Shown piece by piece: positions 44,045 through 54,853 of a DNA stretch of 64,000 nt. This DNA is from Escherichia coli. GTDB lineage: Bacteria; Pseudomonadota; Gammaproteobacteria; Enterobacterales; Enterobacteriaceae. Below the pieces are notes generated by a model. The model did not search any database. It was not told the origin of the DNA and saw nothing but the letters and a program-made list of their open reading frames with translations. The first letter of the stretch is position 1. The number at the start of each line of letters is the position of its first letter. The stretch lies in the NCBI RefSeq assembly GCF_003334305.1, contig NZ_QOWS01000003.1; one strand, 5' to 3'. Both the position numbers and the translations under genes were made by a program.

Positions 44045-45277
44045 ATGTCGTCATTTGATTACCTGAAAACTGCCATCAAGCAACAGGGCTGCACGCTACA
44101 GCAGGTAGCTGATGCCAGCGGTATGACCAAAGGGTATTTAAGCCAGTTACTGAATGCCAAAATTAAAAGCCCCAGCGCGCAAAAGCTGGAGGCGTTGCAC
44201 CGTTTTTTGGGGCTTGAATTTCCCCGACAGAAGAAAACCATTGGTGTCGTATTCGGTAAGTTCTACCCGCTGCATACCGGACATATCTACCTTATCCAGC
44301 GCGCCTGTAGCCAGGTTGACGAGCTGCATATCATTATGGGTTTTGACGATACCCGCGACCGCGCGTTGTTTGAAGACAGCGCCATGTCGCAGCAGCCCAC
44401 GGTGCCGGATCGTCTGCGCTGGTTATTACAAACTTTTAAATATCAGAAAAATATTCGCATTCATGCTTTCAACGAAGAGGGCATGGAGCCGTATCCGCAC
44501 GGCTGGGATGTGTGGAGCAACGGCATCAAAAAGTTTATGGCTGAAAAGGGGATTCAGCCGGACCTGATCTACACCTCGGAAGAAGCCGATGCGCCACAGT
44601 ATATGGAACATCTGGGGATCGATACGGTGCTGGTCGATCCGAAACGTACCTTTATGAGTATCAGCGGTGCGCAGATCCGCGAAAACCCGTTCCGCTACTG
44701 GGAATATATTCCTACGGAAGTGAAGCCGTTCTTTGTACGTACCGTGGCGATCCTTGGTGGCGAGTCGAGCGGTAAATCCACCCTGGTAAACAAACTTGCC
44801 AATATCTTCAATACCACCAGTGCGTGGGAATATGGTCGCGATTATGTCTTTTCACACCTCGGCGGTGATGAGATCGCATTGCAGTATTCCGATTACGATA
44901 AAATCGCGCTGGGCCACGCACAATACATTGATTTTGCAGTGAAATATGCCAATAAAGTGGCGTTTATTGACACTGATTTTGTCACTACCCAGGCGTTCTG
45001 CAAAAAGTACGAAGGGCGTGAGCATCCGTTCGTACAGGCGTTGATTGATGAATACCGTTTCGATCTGGTGATCCTGCTGGAGAACAACACGCCGTGGGTG
45101 GCGGATGGTTTACGCAGCCTCGGCAGTTCGGTGGATCGCAAAGAGTTCCAGAACTTGCTGGTGGAGATGCTGGAAGAGAACAATATCGAATTCGTGCGGG
45201 TTGAAGAGGACGATTATGACAGCCGTTTCCTGCGCTGCGTGGAGCTGGTGCGGGAGATGATGGGGGAGCAGAGATAA
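44045..45277 (+). CDS. nadR: trifunctional NAD biosynthesis/regulator protein NadR
   Basis: 410 aa from MSSFDYLKTAIKQQGCTLQQVADASGMTKGYLSQ…. Confidence 0.95.
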   Translation: MSSFDYLKTAIKQQGCTLQQVADASGMTKGYLSQLLNAKIKSPSAQKLEALHRFLGLEFPRQKKTIGVVFGKFYPLHTGHIYLIQRACSQVDELHIIMGFDDTRDRALFEDSAMSQQPTVPDRLRWLLQTFKYQKNIRIHAFNEEGMEPYPHGWDVWSNGIKKFMAEKGIQPDLIYTSEEADAPQYMEHLGIDTVLVDPKRTFMSISGAQIRENPFRYWEYIPTEVKPFFVRTVAILGGESSGKSTLVNKLANIFNTTSAWEYGRDYVFSHLGGDEIALQYSDYDKIALGHAQYIDFAVKYANKVAFIDTDFVTTQAFCKKYEGREHPFVQALIDEYRFDLVILLENNTPWVADGLRSLGSSVDRKEFQNLLVEMLEENNIEFVRVEEDDYDSRFLRCVELVREMMGEQR

Positions 45278-45419
45278 CCGCGATGAAACGGCTCAAAGGC
45301 GAGGTATAAAATAAGTTTTTTGATGAGTTGAAAACCTCTCTGGAAGAGGCTGTCGAGATTAAACAAGGTTTAAAAGAATCAGCACGGGTGACCCGCTACG
45401 AATTTGCGGATACTAAGGC

Positions 45420-45578
45420 TGTTGTAGGCCGGAAAAGGCGTTCACGCCGTATCCGGCATTCGGTGCTCAATGCCTGATGCGACGCTTACCGCGTCTTATC
45501 AGGCCTGGAGATTCACAACGTATTGAAATTTCTTGGTTTGTAGGCCGGATAAGGCGTTCACGCCGCATCCGGCATTTT
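45420..45578. repeat. BIME: three REP units
   Basis: TGTAGGCCGGAAAAGGCGTTCACGCCGTATCCGGCA, GCCTGATGCGACGCTTACCGCGTCTTATCAGGCC, GTAGGCCGGATAAGGCGTTCACGCCGCATCCGGCA between nadR and ettA. Confidence 0.8.
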
Positions 45579-45583
45579 ACGCA

Positions 45584-47251
45584 TTACTTCGCAATACGCT
45601 TGTACTTGATACGCTTCGGCTCCAGTGCGTCTGCGCCCAGCGTGCGTTTCTTGTACTCTTCGTACTCAGTAAAGTTACCTTCGAAGAACTCAACTTTACC
45701 TTCATCCTGGTAGTCCAGGATGTGCGTGGCGATACGGTCGAGGAACCAACGGTCGTGCGAGATAACCATCGCACAGCCCGGGAACTCCAGCAGGGCGTTT
45801 TCCAGCGCGCGCAGGGTTTCGATATCCAGGTCGTTGGTTGGTTCGTCGAGCAGCAGCATGTTGCCGCCAACCTGCAGCAGCTTCGCCAGATGCAGACGAC
45901 CGCGCTCACCACCGGAAAGTTCACCAACGCGTTTACCCTGATCAACCCCTTTAAAGTTAAAGCGGCCAACGTAGGCGCGGCTTGGCATCTCGGTGTTGCC
46001 GATCTTCATAATATCCAGCCCGCCGGAAACTTCTTCCCAAACGGTTTTGCTGTTATCCATTGAGTCACGGAACTGATCAACCGATGCCAGTTTCACCGTT
46101 TCACCTAAAGTGATGGTGCCGCTGTCCGGCTGTTCCTGACCAGAGATCATACGGAACAGGGTCGATTTACCCGCGCCGTTCGGACCGATGATCCCGACGA
46201 TTGCCCCTTTCGGGATCGAGAAGCTCAGGTCATCAATCAGCAGGCGATCACCGTAGGATTTACGCAGGTTGCTGACTTCCAGCACTTTATCGCCCAGACG
46301 CGGTCCAGGTGGAATAAACAGTTCGTTGGTTTCGTTACGTTTCTGATATTCGGTGCTGTTCAGCTCTTCAAAGCGTGCCAGACGTGCTTTACCTTTCGAC
46401 TGGCGGCCTTTAGTTCCCTGACGTACCCACTCCAGCTCTTTCTCGATCGACTTACGACGCGCCGCTTCTTGTGAAGCTTCCTGCGCCAGGCGCTGATCTT
46501 TCTGCTCCAGCCAGGAGGAGTAGTTGCCTTCCCACGGAATACCTTCACCGCGGTCAAGTTCGAGGATCCAGCCTGCAACGTTATCGAGGAAGTAACGGTC
46601 GTGAGTAATCGCCACAACGGTGCCTTCGAAGTCGTGCAGGAAGCGTTCCAGCCAGGCCACGGATTCGGCATCCAGGTGGTTGGTCGGTTCGTCGAGCAGC
46701 AGCATGTCTGGTTTTTCCAGAAGCAGGCGGCACAACGCCACGCGACGACGCTCACCACCGGAGAGGTTAGCGATTTTCGCGTCCCAATCTGGCAGACGCA
46801 GCGCATCCGCCGCACGCTCCAGCTGTACGTTCAGGTTATGACCGTCGTGAGCCTGAATGATCTCTTCCAGACGGCCTTGTTCAGCGGCCAGCTTGTCAAA
46901 ATCGGCATCCGGATCGGCGTACAGCGCATACACTTCATCCAGGCGTTTCAGGGCGTTAACCACTTCAGAAACCGCTTCTTCAATGGACTCACGCACGGTG
47001 TGTTCCGGGTTCAGCTGCGGTTCCTGCGGCAGGTAACCAATCTTGATGTCTGGCTGCGGACGCGCTTCACCTTCGATGTCTTTATCAATGCCCGCCATAA
47101 TGCGCAGCAGGGTAGACTTACCCGCGCCGTTCAGACCCAGGACACCAATTTTTGCCCCAGGGAAGAAACTCAGAGAGATGTTTTTCAAAATATGACGTTT
47201 CGGCGGAACAACTTTGCCGACACGATGCATGGTATAAACGAATTGAGCCAC
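45584..47251 (-). CDS. ettA: energy-dependent translational throttle protein (ABC-F ATPase)
   Basis: 555-aa ORF with two ABC cassettes. Confidence 0.95.
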   Translation of the reverse strand: MAQFVYTMHRVGKVVPPKRHILKNISLSFFPGAKIGVLGLNGAGKSTLLRIMAGIDKDIEGEARPQPDIKIGYLPQEPQLNPEHTVRESIEEAVSEVVNALKRLDEVYALYADPDADFDKLAAEQGRLEEIIQAHDGHNLNVQLERAADALRLPDWDAKIANLSGGERRRVALCRLLLEKPDMLLLDEPTNHLDAESVAWLERFLHDFEGTVVAITHDRYFLDNVAGWILELDRGEGIPWEGNYSSWLEQKDQRLAQEASQEAARRKSIEKELEWVRQGTKGRQSKGKARLARFEELNSTEYQKRNETNELFIPPGPRLGDKVLEVSNLRKSYGDRLLIDDLSFSIPKGAIVGIIGPNGAGKSTLFRMISGQEQPDSGTITLGETVKLASVDQFRDSMDNSKTVWEEVSGGLDIMKIGNTEMPSRAYVGRFNFKGVDQGKRVGELSGGERGRLHLAKLLQVGGNMLLLDEPTNDLDIETLRALENALLEFPGCAMVISHDRWFLDRIATHILDYQDEGKVEFFEGNFTEYEEYKKRTLGADALEPKRIKYKRIAK

Positions 47252-47461
47252 GTTGGACTTCGCCTCTATGTTTATCGTGATGATGAGTTTTCAAAGGCGA
47301 AGTGTAGCCTTTTTCCCCGCCTAATCCCAGTTGGTCGATCACCTTCGCAGTAAAAGTAAAAAAGTGTCCGTAACGTGGCGTAAACGGCAATGACTGGTTA
47401 GCATAAATCTATTACGCGGCATGACGCTGCATTGATGTATTTACACTTAGAGGATGCGCTT

Positions 47462-49399
47462 GTGGAAAAAGCCAAACAAGTTACCTGGCGGCTGTTGGCT
47501 GCCGGTGTCTGTCTGCTGACGGTCAGCAGCGTGGCGCGAGCCGACTCACTGGATGAGCAGCGTAGCCGTTACGCGCAAATCAAGCAGGCCTGGGATAATC
47601 GACAAATGGATGTGGTCGAACAAATGATGCCTGGACTGAAGGATTATCCGCTTTATCCCTACCTGGAATACCGCCAGATCACCGATGATCTGATGAATCA
47701 ACCGGCGGTGACGGTCACTAACTTTGTTCGCGCTAACCCCACGCTTCCTCCCGCTCGCACGCTGCAATCTCGTTTCGTCAATGAACTGGCGCGGCGTGAA
47801 GACTGGCGTGGCTTGTTAGCCTTTAGCCCGGAAAAGCCCGGAACTACCGAAGCGCAATGTAATTACTACTATGCGAAATGGAACACCGGGCAGAGTGAAG
47901 AAGCCTGGCAAGGGGCGAAAGAGCTGTGGCTAACCGGCAAGAGCCAGCCTAACGCCTGTGACAAGTTATTTAGCGTCTGGCGTGCGTCAGGTAAACAAGA
48001 TCCGCTGGCGTATTTAGAGCGTATCCGTCTGGCGATGAAAGCGGGTAACACTGGCCTGGTAACAGTGCTGGCAGGGCAGATGCCTGCCGATTACCAGACT
48101 ATCGCCTCGGCAATCATTTCACTGGCGAACAACCCTAATACGGTACTGACCTTCGCGCGTACAACCGGAGCGACCGATTTTACCCGTCAAATGGCAGCGG
48201 TGGCGTTTGCCAGTGTGGCGCGGCAGGATGCTGAAAATGCACGGCTGATGATCCCGTCGCTTGCCCAGGCGCAGCAGCTTAATGAAGATCAGATTCAGGA
48301 GCTGCGCGATATCCTCGCCTGGCGTTTGATGGGCAACGATGTCACCGACGAGCAGGCGAAATGGCGCGATGACGCCATTATGCGCTCGCAATCCACGTCG
48401 TTGATTGAACGCCGTGTGCGAATGGCACTTGGCACCGGCGATCGTCGCGGCCTGAATACCTGGCTGGCGCGTCTGCCGATGGAAGCAAAAGAGAAAGATG
48501 AATGGCGTTACTGGCAGGCGGATTTATTGCTGGAACGCGGACGTGAAGCTGAAGCGAAAGAGATTTTGCATCAACTCATGCAACAGCGTGGTTTCTACCC
48601 GATGGTTGCAGCACAACGCATCGGAGAAGAGTATGAGCTGAAGATTGATAAAGCGCCGCAGAATGTTGACAGCGCCCTGACTCAGGGGCCGGAGATGGCG
48701 CGCGTGCGCGAGTTGATGTACTGGAATCTCGATAACACCGCGCGTAGCGAGTGGGCCAATCTGGTGAAGAGCAAGTCAAAAACAGAGCAGGCTCAACTGG
48801 CGCGGTATGCTTTCAACAACCAATGGTGGGATCTTAGCGTTCAGGCAACGATCGCCGGGAAGCTATGGGATCATCTGGAAGAGCGATTCCCGCTGGCTTA
48901 CAACGATCTTTTCAAACGCTACACCAGCGGTAAGGAGATCCCGCAAAGCTATGCGATGGCGATTGCCCGTCAGGAGAGCGCCTGGAATCCAAAAGTGAAA
49001 TCACCGGTAGGGGCCAGCGGCCTGATGCAGATTATGCCTGGTACAGCGACCCATACGGTGAAGATGTTCTCTATTCCCGGTTATAGTAGCCCTGGGCAAT
49101 TGCTGGATCCGGAAACGAATATCAACATTGGCACCAGTTATCTGCAATATGTTTATCAGCAGTTTGGCAATAACCGTATTTTCTCCTCAGCAGCTTATAA
49201 CGCCGGACCAGGGCGGGTGCGAACCTGGCTTGGCAACAGCGCCGGGCGTATCGACGCAGTGGCATTTGTCGAGAGTATTCCGTTCTCCGAGACGCGCGGT
49301 TATGTGAAGAACGTGCTGGCTTATGACGCTTACTACCGCTATTTCATGGGGGATAAACCGACGTTGATGAGCGCCACGGAATGGGGACGTCGTTACTGA
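47462..49399 (+). CDS. slt: soluble lytic murein transglycosylase
   Basis: 645 aa from GTG (EKAKQVTWRLLAAGVCLLTVSSVARA signal peptide); C-terminal lysozyme-like domain. Confidence 0.95.
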   Translation: MEKAKQVTWRLLAAGVCLLTVSSVARADSLDEQRSRYAQIKQAWDNRQMDVVEQMMPGLKDYPLYPYLEYRQITDDLMNQPAVTVTNFVRANPTLPPARTLQSRFVNELARREDWRGLLAFSPEKPGTTEAQCNYYYAKWNTGQSEEAWQGAKELWLTGKSQPNACDKLFSVWRASGKQDPLAYLERIRLAMKAGNTGLVTVLAGQMPADYQTIASAIISLANNPNTVLTFARTTGATDFTRQMAAVAFASVARQDAENARLMIPSLAQAQQLNEDQIQELRDILAWRLMGNDVTDEQAKWRDDAIMRSQSTSLIERRVRMALGTGDRRGLNTWLARLPMEAKEKDEWRYWQADLLLERGREAEAKEILHQLMQQRGFYPMVAAQRIGEEYELKIDKAPQNVDSALTQGPEMARVRELMYWNLDNTARSEWANLVKSKSKTEQAQLARYAFNNQWWDLSVQATIAGKLWDHLEERFPLAYNDLFKRYTSGKEIPQSYAMAIARQESAWNPKVKSPVGASGLMQIMPGTATHTVKMFSIPGYSSPGQLLDPETNINIGTSYLQYVYQQFGNNRIFSSAAYNAGPGRVRTWLGNSAGRIDAVAFVESIPFSETRGYVKNVLAYDAYYRYFMGDKPTLMSATEWGRRY

Positions 49400-49423
49400 T
49401 CCGCACGTTTATGATATGCTATC

Positions 49424-49441
49424 GTACTCTTTAGCGAGTAC
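49424..49441 (+). promoter_or_regulatory. TrpR operator in trpR promoter (autoregulation)
   Basis: GTACTCTTTAGCGAGTAC imperfect palindrome resembling the trp operator half-sites, about 50 bp upstream of trpR ATG. Confidence 0.6.
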
Positions 49442-49473
49442 AACCGGGGGAGGCATTTTGCTTCCCCCGCTAA

Positions 49474-49815
<342 letters not shown>

Positions 49816-49817
49816 TT

Positions 49818-50433
<616 letters not shown>

Positions 50434-50472
50434 TCAGAAAATTAACGTTACAGCAGTATACGGAAAAAAAGC

Positions 50473-51120
50473 ATGTTACAGGTATACCTAGTCCGCCACG
50501 GTGAAACGCAGTGGAACGCCGAGCGACGTATTCAGGGCCAGTCTGACAGCCCGCTGACCGCCAAAGGTGAGCAACAGGCGATGCAGGTGGCAACCCGTGC
50601 CAAAGAGCTTGGCATTACGCATATCATCAGTAGCGATTTAGGACGCACCCGGCGTACGGCGGAAATCATCGCCCAGGCCTGCGGCTGTGACATCATCTTT
50701 GATTCTCGCCTGCGTGAATTAAACATGGGTGTGCTGGAAAAAAGACATATCGATTCTCTGACCGAAGAAGAAGAGAACTGGCGTCGGCAGCTGGTCAATG
50801 GCACCGTTGACGGGCGTATTCCTGAAGGCGAGTCAATGCAGGAGCTCAGCGATCGCGTCAATGCGGCACTGGAATCTTGCCGGGACTTACCGCAGGGAAG
50901 CCGACCGCTGCTGGTGAGCCATGGTATTGCACTGGGATGTCTGGTGAGTACGATTCTCGGATTACCAGCATGGGCAGAGCGCCGCTTACGTCTGCGTAAC
51001 TGTTCTATTTCGCGCGTGGATTATCAGGAAAGCCTGTGGCTGGCGTCTGGCTGGGTTGTTGAAACCGCAGGGGACATCTCACATCTGGACGCCCCTGCAT
51101 TAGATGAGTTGCAGCGTTAA
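50473..51120 (+). CDS. gpmB: probable phosphoglycerate mutase GpmB (histidine phosphatase family)
   Basis: 215-aa ORF with RHGE catalytic motif (MLQVYLVRHGETQWN…). Confidence 0.9.
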   Translation: MLQVYLVRHGETQWNAERRIQGQSDSPLTAKGEQQAMQVATRAKELGITHIISSDLGRTRRTAEIIAQACGCDIIFDSRLRELNMGVLEKRHIDSLTEEEENWRRQLVNGTVDGRIPEGESMQELSDRVNAALESCRDLPQGSRPLLVSHGIALGCLVSTILGLPAWAERRLRLRNCSISRVDYQESLWLASGWVVETAGDISHLDAPALDELQR

Positions 51121-51986
51121 CGACGGATCGGAATCAGCAGTTCACAGCGCAGATTAATTGGGCGATCTCCCGCTTTGGCATCTTCTGCCGGGTAGTATCG
51201 CTCAATATCCTGACCTTTACGGCGCGTCAGATTGAGCATTGGCATGCACGTTCCGTATACCGTCAGGATAAACTCCTGCACGCCGGTTCCCAGACCTTCA
51301 TAGGTAAACATCACATATTCGCCGCCCTGCAGCATCACCGGATGCCCCGTCAGTACATAGCCATCTGCCTGATCCTGGGCTAACGCGGTGGTATAGAATA
51401 CTTCTTGTTCGTCGTCTTTATCCTGACTCGGACGCGTTTCATTCAGGCCGTAGAGCACTGGCGGAATGGTCGGCGCGTTGCCGAGAAAATCGTGCCAGAA
51501 CTGATAACGCATTTCATGGCGGAAATCAGAGATTTGCTCCAGCGAACAGGAGTAGCTCTGGGTAACACCAATCAGCGGCGTATCTTCCAGGGTGACAAAT
51601 TTGTGCTCTGGCATAGTGAATTCACCCAGACGTAGCGGCGGGCGAATACCAAAGGCGCTCCATTCAGGAGAACGGCGGTAAAGTGCAGGAGTCTGGGCAA
51701 ACTGCTTCTTGAATGCGCGGGTAAATGTCTGTTGAGAGTCGAAGCGGTATTGCAGCGCGATGTCCAGAATCGGACGCGCAGTCAGGCGTAGTGCGACCGC
51801 CGATTTCGACAAACGACGAGCACGAATATACGCGCCAATAGCATGGCCAGTGACATCTTTAAACATTCTCTGTAAGTGCCACTTGGAATAACCTGCTTTC
51901 GCCGCTACATTGTCGAGCGACAGGGGCTGATCCAGATGACCTTCCAGCCAGATTAAAAGGTCGCGAATAATGCCGGCCTGATCCAT
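51117..51986 (-). CDS. rob: right origin-binding protein, AraC/XylS family regulator
   Basis: 289-aa ORF with N-terminal AraC double HTH (MDQAGIIRDLLIWLEGHLDQPLSLDNVAAKAGYSKWHLQRMFK…). Confidence 0.95.
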   Translation of the reverse strand: MDQAGIIRDLLIWLEGHLDQPLSLDNVAAKAGYSKWHLQRMFKDVTGHAIGAYIRARRLSKSAVALRLTARPILDIALQYRFDSQQTFTRAFKKQFAQTPALYRRSPEWSAFGIRPPLRLGEFTMPEHKFVTLEDTPLIGVTQSYSCSLEQISDFRHEMRYQFWHDFLGNAPTIPPVLYGLNETRPSQDKDDEQEVFYTTALAQDQADGYVLTGHPVMLQGGEYVMFTYEGLGTGVQEFILTVYGTCMPMLNLTRRKGQDIERYYPAEDAKAGDRPINLRCELLIPIRR

Positions 51987-52196
51987 AAAATATCCTCATC
52001 CTTTCAACAACGAGCACCTGACATCAGGTAATTGGATAATAGCATTTTTTGCTGTTTTAGCATTCAGTGTTTTTTTCTTAGTAGAGTATGTTTTAGGGCT
52101 TGACGGAAATAAAAGTATTGAGATTTTGTTCTTAATCAATATGTTATTTACCGTGACGAACTAATTGCTCGTGTAATAGATAAAAATGGTAACAAT

Positions 52197-52670
52197 ATGA
52201 AATACAAGCATTTGATCCTGTCTTTAAGCCTGATAATGCTGGGGCCATTGGCTCATGCAGAAGAGATTGGTTCGGTCGACACCGTATTTAAAATGATCGG
52301 CCCGGATCACAAAATTGTTGTGGAAGCCTTTGACGATCCCGATGTGAAAAATGTCACCTGTTATGTGAGCCGGGCGAAAACCGGGGGTATTAAAGGGGGA
52401 TTGGGCCTGGCGGAAGATACCTCCGATGCGGCCATTTCTTGTCAGCAAGTCGGGCCGATTGAACTGTCGGATCGTATTAAAAACGGCAAAGCTCAGGGCG
52501 AGGTAGTATTCAAAAAACGTACGTCCCTGGTCTTTAAGTCGTTACAGGTCGTGCGCTTTTATGATGCTAAACGCAACGCGCTCGCTTATCTGGCTTACTC
52601 CGACAAAGTTGTAGAAGGTTCGCCGAAAAACGCGATTAGCGCGGTTCCTGTCATGCCGTGGCGGCAATAA
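52197..52670 (+). CDS. creA: CreA family periplasmic protein
   Basis: 157-aa ORF with signal peptide; first gene of creABCD. Confidence 0.9.
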
Positions 52671-52682
52671 CAGAGGCGATTT

Positions 52683-53372
52683 ATGCAACGGGAAACGGTC
52701 TGGTTAGTGGAAGATGAGCAAGGGATAGCCGACACGCTGGTCTACATGTTGCAGCAGGAAGGTTTTGCCGTCGAGGTCTTTGAGCGAGGCTTGCCGGTGC
52801 TGGATAAAGCTCGCCAGCTGGTTCCCGACGTCATGATTCTCGACGTTGGTTTGCCTGATATCAGCGGCTTTGAATTGTGCCGCCAGTTACTGGCGCTCCA
52901 TCCGGCGTTACCTGTACTGTTCCTGACGGCCCGAAGTGAAGAGGTCGATCGCCTGCTTGGGCTGGAAATTGGCGCTGACGACTATGTGGCTAAACCGTTT
53001 TCACCCCGCGAAGTGTGCGCCAGGGTGCGCACCTTACTGCGTCGGGTGAAGAAGTTCTCGTCGCCGTCTCCCGTCATCCGTATTGGTCATTTTGAATTGA
53101 ATGAACCCGCGGCGCAGATCAGCTGGTTTGACACGCCATTAACGCTGACGCGGTATGAGTTTTTATTGCTGAAGACGTTACTCAAGTCGCCAGGCCGCGT
53201 CTGGTCCCGCCAGCAACTGATGGATAGCGTGTGGGAAGATGCGCAGGACACCTATGATCGCACCGTTGATACCCACATTAAAACGTTGCGTGCCAAGCTG
53301 CGCGCCATCAATCCCGATCTTTCACCGATTAATACTCATCGCGGCATGGGATATAGCCTGAGGGGCCTGTAA
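52683..53372 (+). CDS. creB: two-component response regulator (OmpR family)
   Basis: 229-aa ORF with receiver aspartate region and winged-helix C-terminus. Confidence 0.95.
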   Translation: MQRETVWLVEDEQGIADTLVYMLQQEGFAVEVFERGLPVLDKARQLVPDVMILDVGLPDISGFELCRQLLALHPALPVLFLTARSEEVDRLLGLEIGADDYVAKPFSPREVCARVRTLLRRVKKFSSPSPVIRIGHFELNEPAAQISWFDTPLTLTRYEFLLLKTLLKSPGRVWSRQQLMDSVWEDAQDTYDRTVDTHIKTLRAKLRAINPDLSPINTHRGMGYSLRGL

Positions 53373-54796
53373 TGCGTATCGGCATGCGGTTGCTGCTGGG
53401 CTATTTTTTACTGGTGGCGGTGGCGGCCTGGTTCGTACTGGCTATTTTTGTCAAAGAAGTTAAACCGGGCGTGCGAAGAGCAACGGAGGGGACGTTGATC
53501 GACACCGCAACGTTGCTGGCGGAGCTGGCGCGTCCCGATTTGCTCTCTGGGGACCCAACGCATGGGCAACTGGCGCAGGCGTTTAATCAGCTACAACATC
53601 GCCCGTTTCGCGCCAATATCGGTGGCATTAACAAAGTGCGCAATGAATATCATGTCTATATGACCGATTCGCAGGGTAAAGTATTGTTCGATTCGGCAAA
53701 TAAAGCCGTTGGGCAGGATTATTCGCGCTGGAATGACGTCTGGCTAACGTTGCGTGGTCAGTATGGTGCGCGCAGCACGTTGCAAAATCCTGCCGATCCC
53801 GAAAGTTCGGTGATGTATGTTGCCGCGCCGATTATGGACGGCTCGCGGCTTATTGGCGTTTTGAGCGTAGGCAAACCGAACGCGGCGATGGCTCCGGTCA
53901 TTAAACGCAGCGAGCGGCGAATTTTATGGGCCAGCGCCATTTTGTTGGGGATCGCACTGGTGATTGGCGCAGGCATGGTTTGGTGGATCAACCGCTCCAT
54001 TGCCCGGCTCACTCGCTATGCTGATTCCGTCACTGACAATAAGCCCGTTCCTCTTCCCGATCTCGGTAGTAGCGAGCTGCGTAAACTCGCGCAGGCGCTG
54101 GAAAGTATGCGCGTGAAGCTGGAAGGGAAAAACTATATTGAGCAGTATGTTTATGCGTTAACCCATGAGCTAAAAAGCCCACTGGCGGCGATTCGTGGCG
54201 CGGCGGAAATTTTACGCGAAGGTCCGCCGCCTGAAGTAGTGGCTCGTTTTACTGACAACATTCTGACGCAAAATGCGCGAATGCAGGCACTGGTGGAAAC
54301 GTTACTACGCCAGGCAAGACTGGAGAATCGTCAGGAAGTCGTTCTGACTGTTGTTGATGTGGCGGCATTATTTCGCCGCGTCAGCGAAGCGCGCACCGTG
54401 CAGTTGGCAGAAAAAAACATCACTCTACATGTTATGCCCACTGAGGTTAATGTTGCTGCTGAACCGGCGTTACTGGAGCAGGCGCTGGGGAATTTACTGG
54501 ATAACGCCATCGATTTTACCCCCGAGAGCGGTCGCATAACGCTAAGCGCCGAAGTGGATCAGGAACACGTCGCCCTTAAGGTGCTGGATACCGGTAGTGG
54601 TATTCCTGACTACGCGCTGTCACGTATTTTTGAACGCTTTTACTCTTTGCCGCGTGCAAATGGGCAAAAAAGCAGCGGTCTGGGGTTGGCGTTCGTCAGT
54701 GAGGTCGCCCGTTTGTTTAACGGCGAAGTCACGCTGCGCAACGTGCAGGAAGGTGGCGTGCTGGCCTCGCTTCGACTTCACCGTCACTTCACATAG
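53372..54796 (+). CDS. creC: two-component sensor histidine kinase
   Basis: 474-aa ORF with H-box (YALTHELKSPLAAIRG) and ATPase G-boxes. Confidence 0.95.
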   Translation: MRIGMRLLLGYFLLVAVAAWFVLAIFVKEVKPGVRRATEGTLIDTATLLAELARPDLLSGDPTHGQLAQAFNQLQHRPFRANIGGINKVRNEYHVYMTDSQGKVLFDSANKAVGQDYSRWNDVWLTLRGQYGARSTLQNPADPESSVMYVAAPIMDGSRLIGVLSVGKPNAAMAPVIKRSERRILWASAILLGIALVIGAGMVWWINRSIARLTRYADSVTDNKPVPLPDLGSSELRKLAQALESMRVKLEGKNYIEQYVYALTHELKSPLAAIRGAAEILREGPPPEVVARFTDNILTQNARMQALVETLLRQARLENRQEVVLTVVDVAALFRRVSEARTVQLAEKNITLHVMPTEVNVAAEPALLEQALGNLLDNAIDFTPESGRITLSAEVDQEHVALKVLDTGSGIPDYALSRIFERFYSLPRANGQKSSGLGLAFVSEVARLFNGEVTLRNVQEGGVLASLRLHRHFT

Positions 54797-54853
54797 CTTC
54801 AAATTCTTCCCACATAGCCTTCGTATCCTGCTGCCATTGCAAAGGAGAAGACT

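Noticed and set aside
46601-47353. 250-aa plus-strand ORF
   Set aside because: Antisense to ettA.
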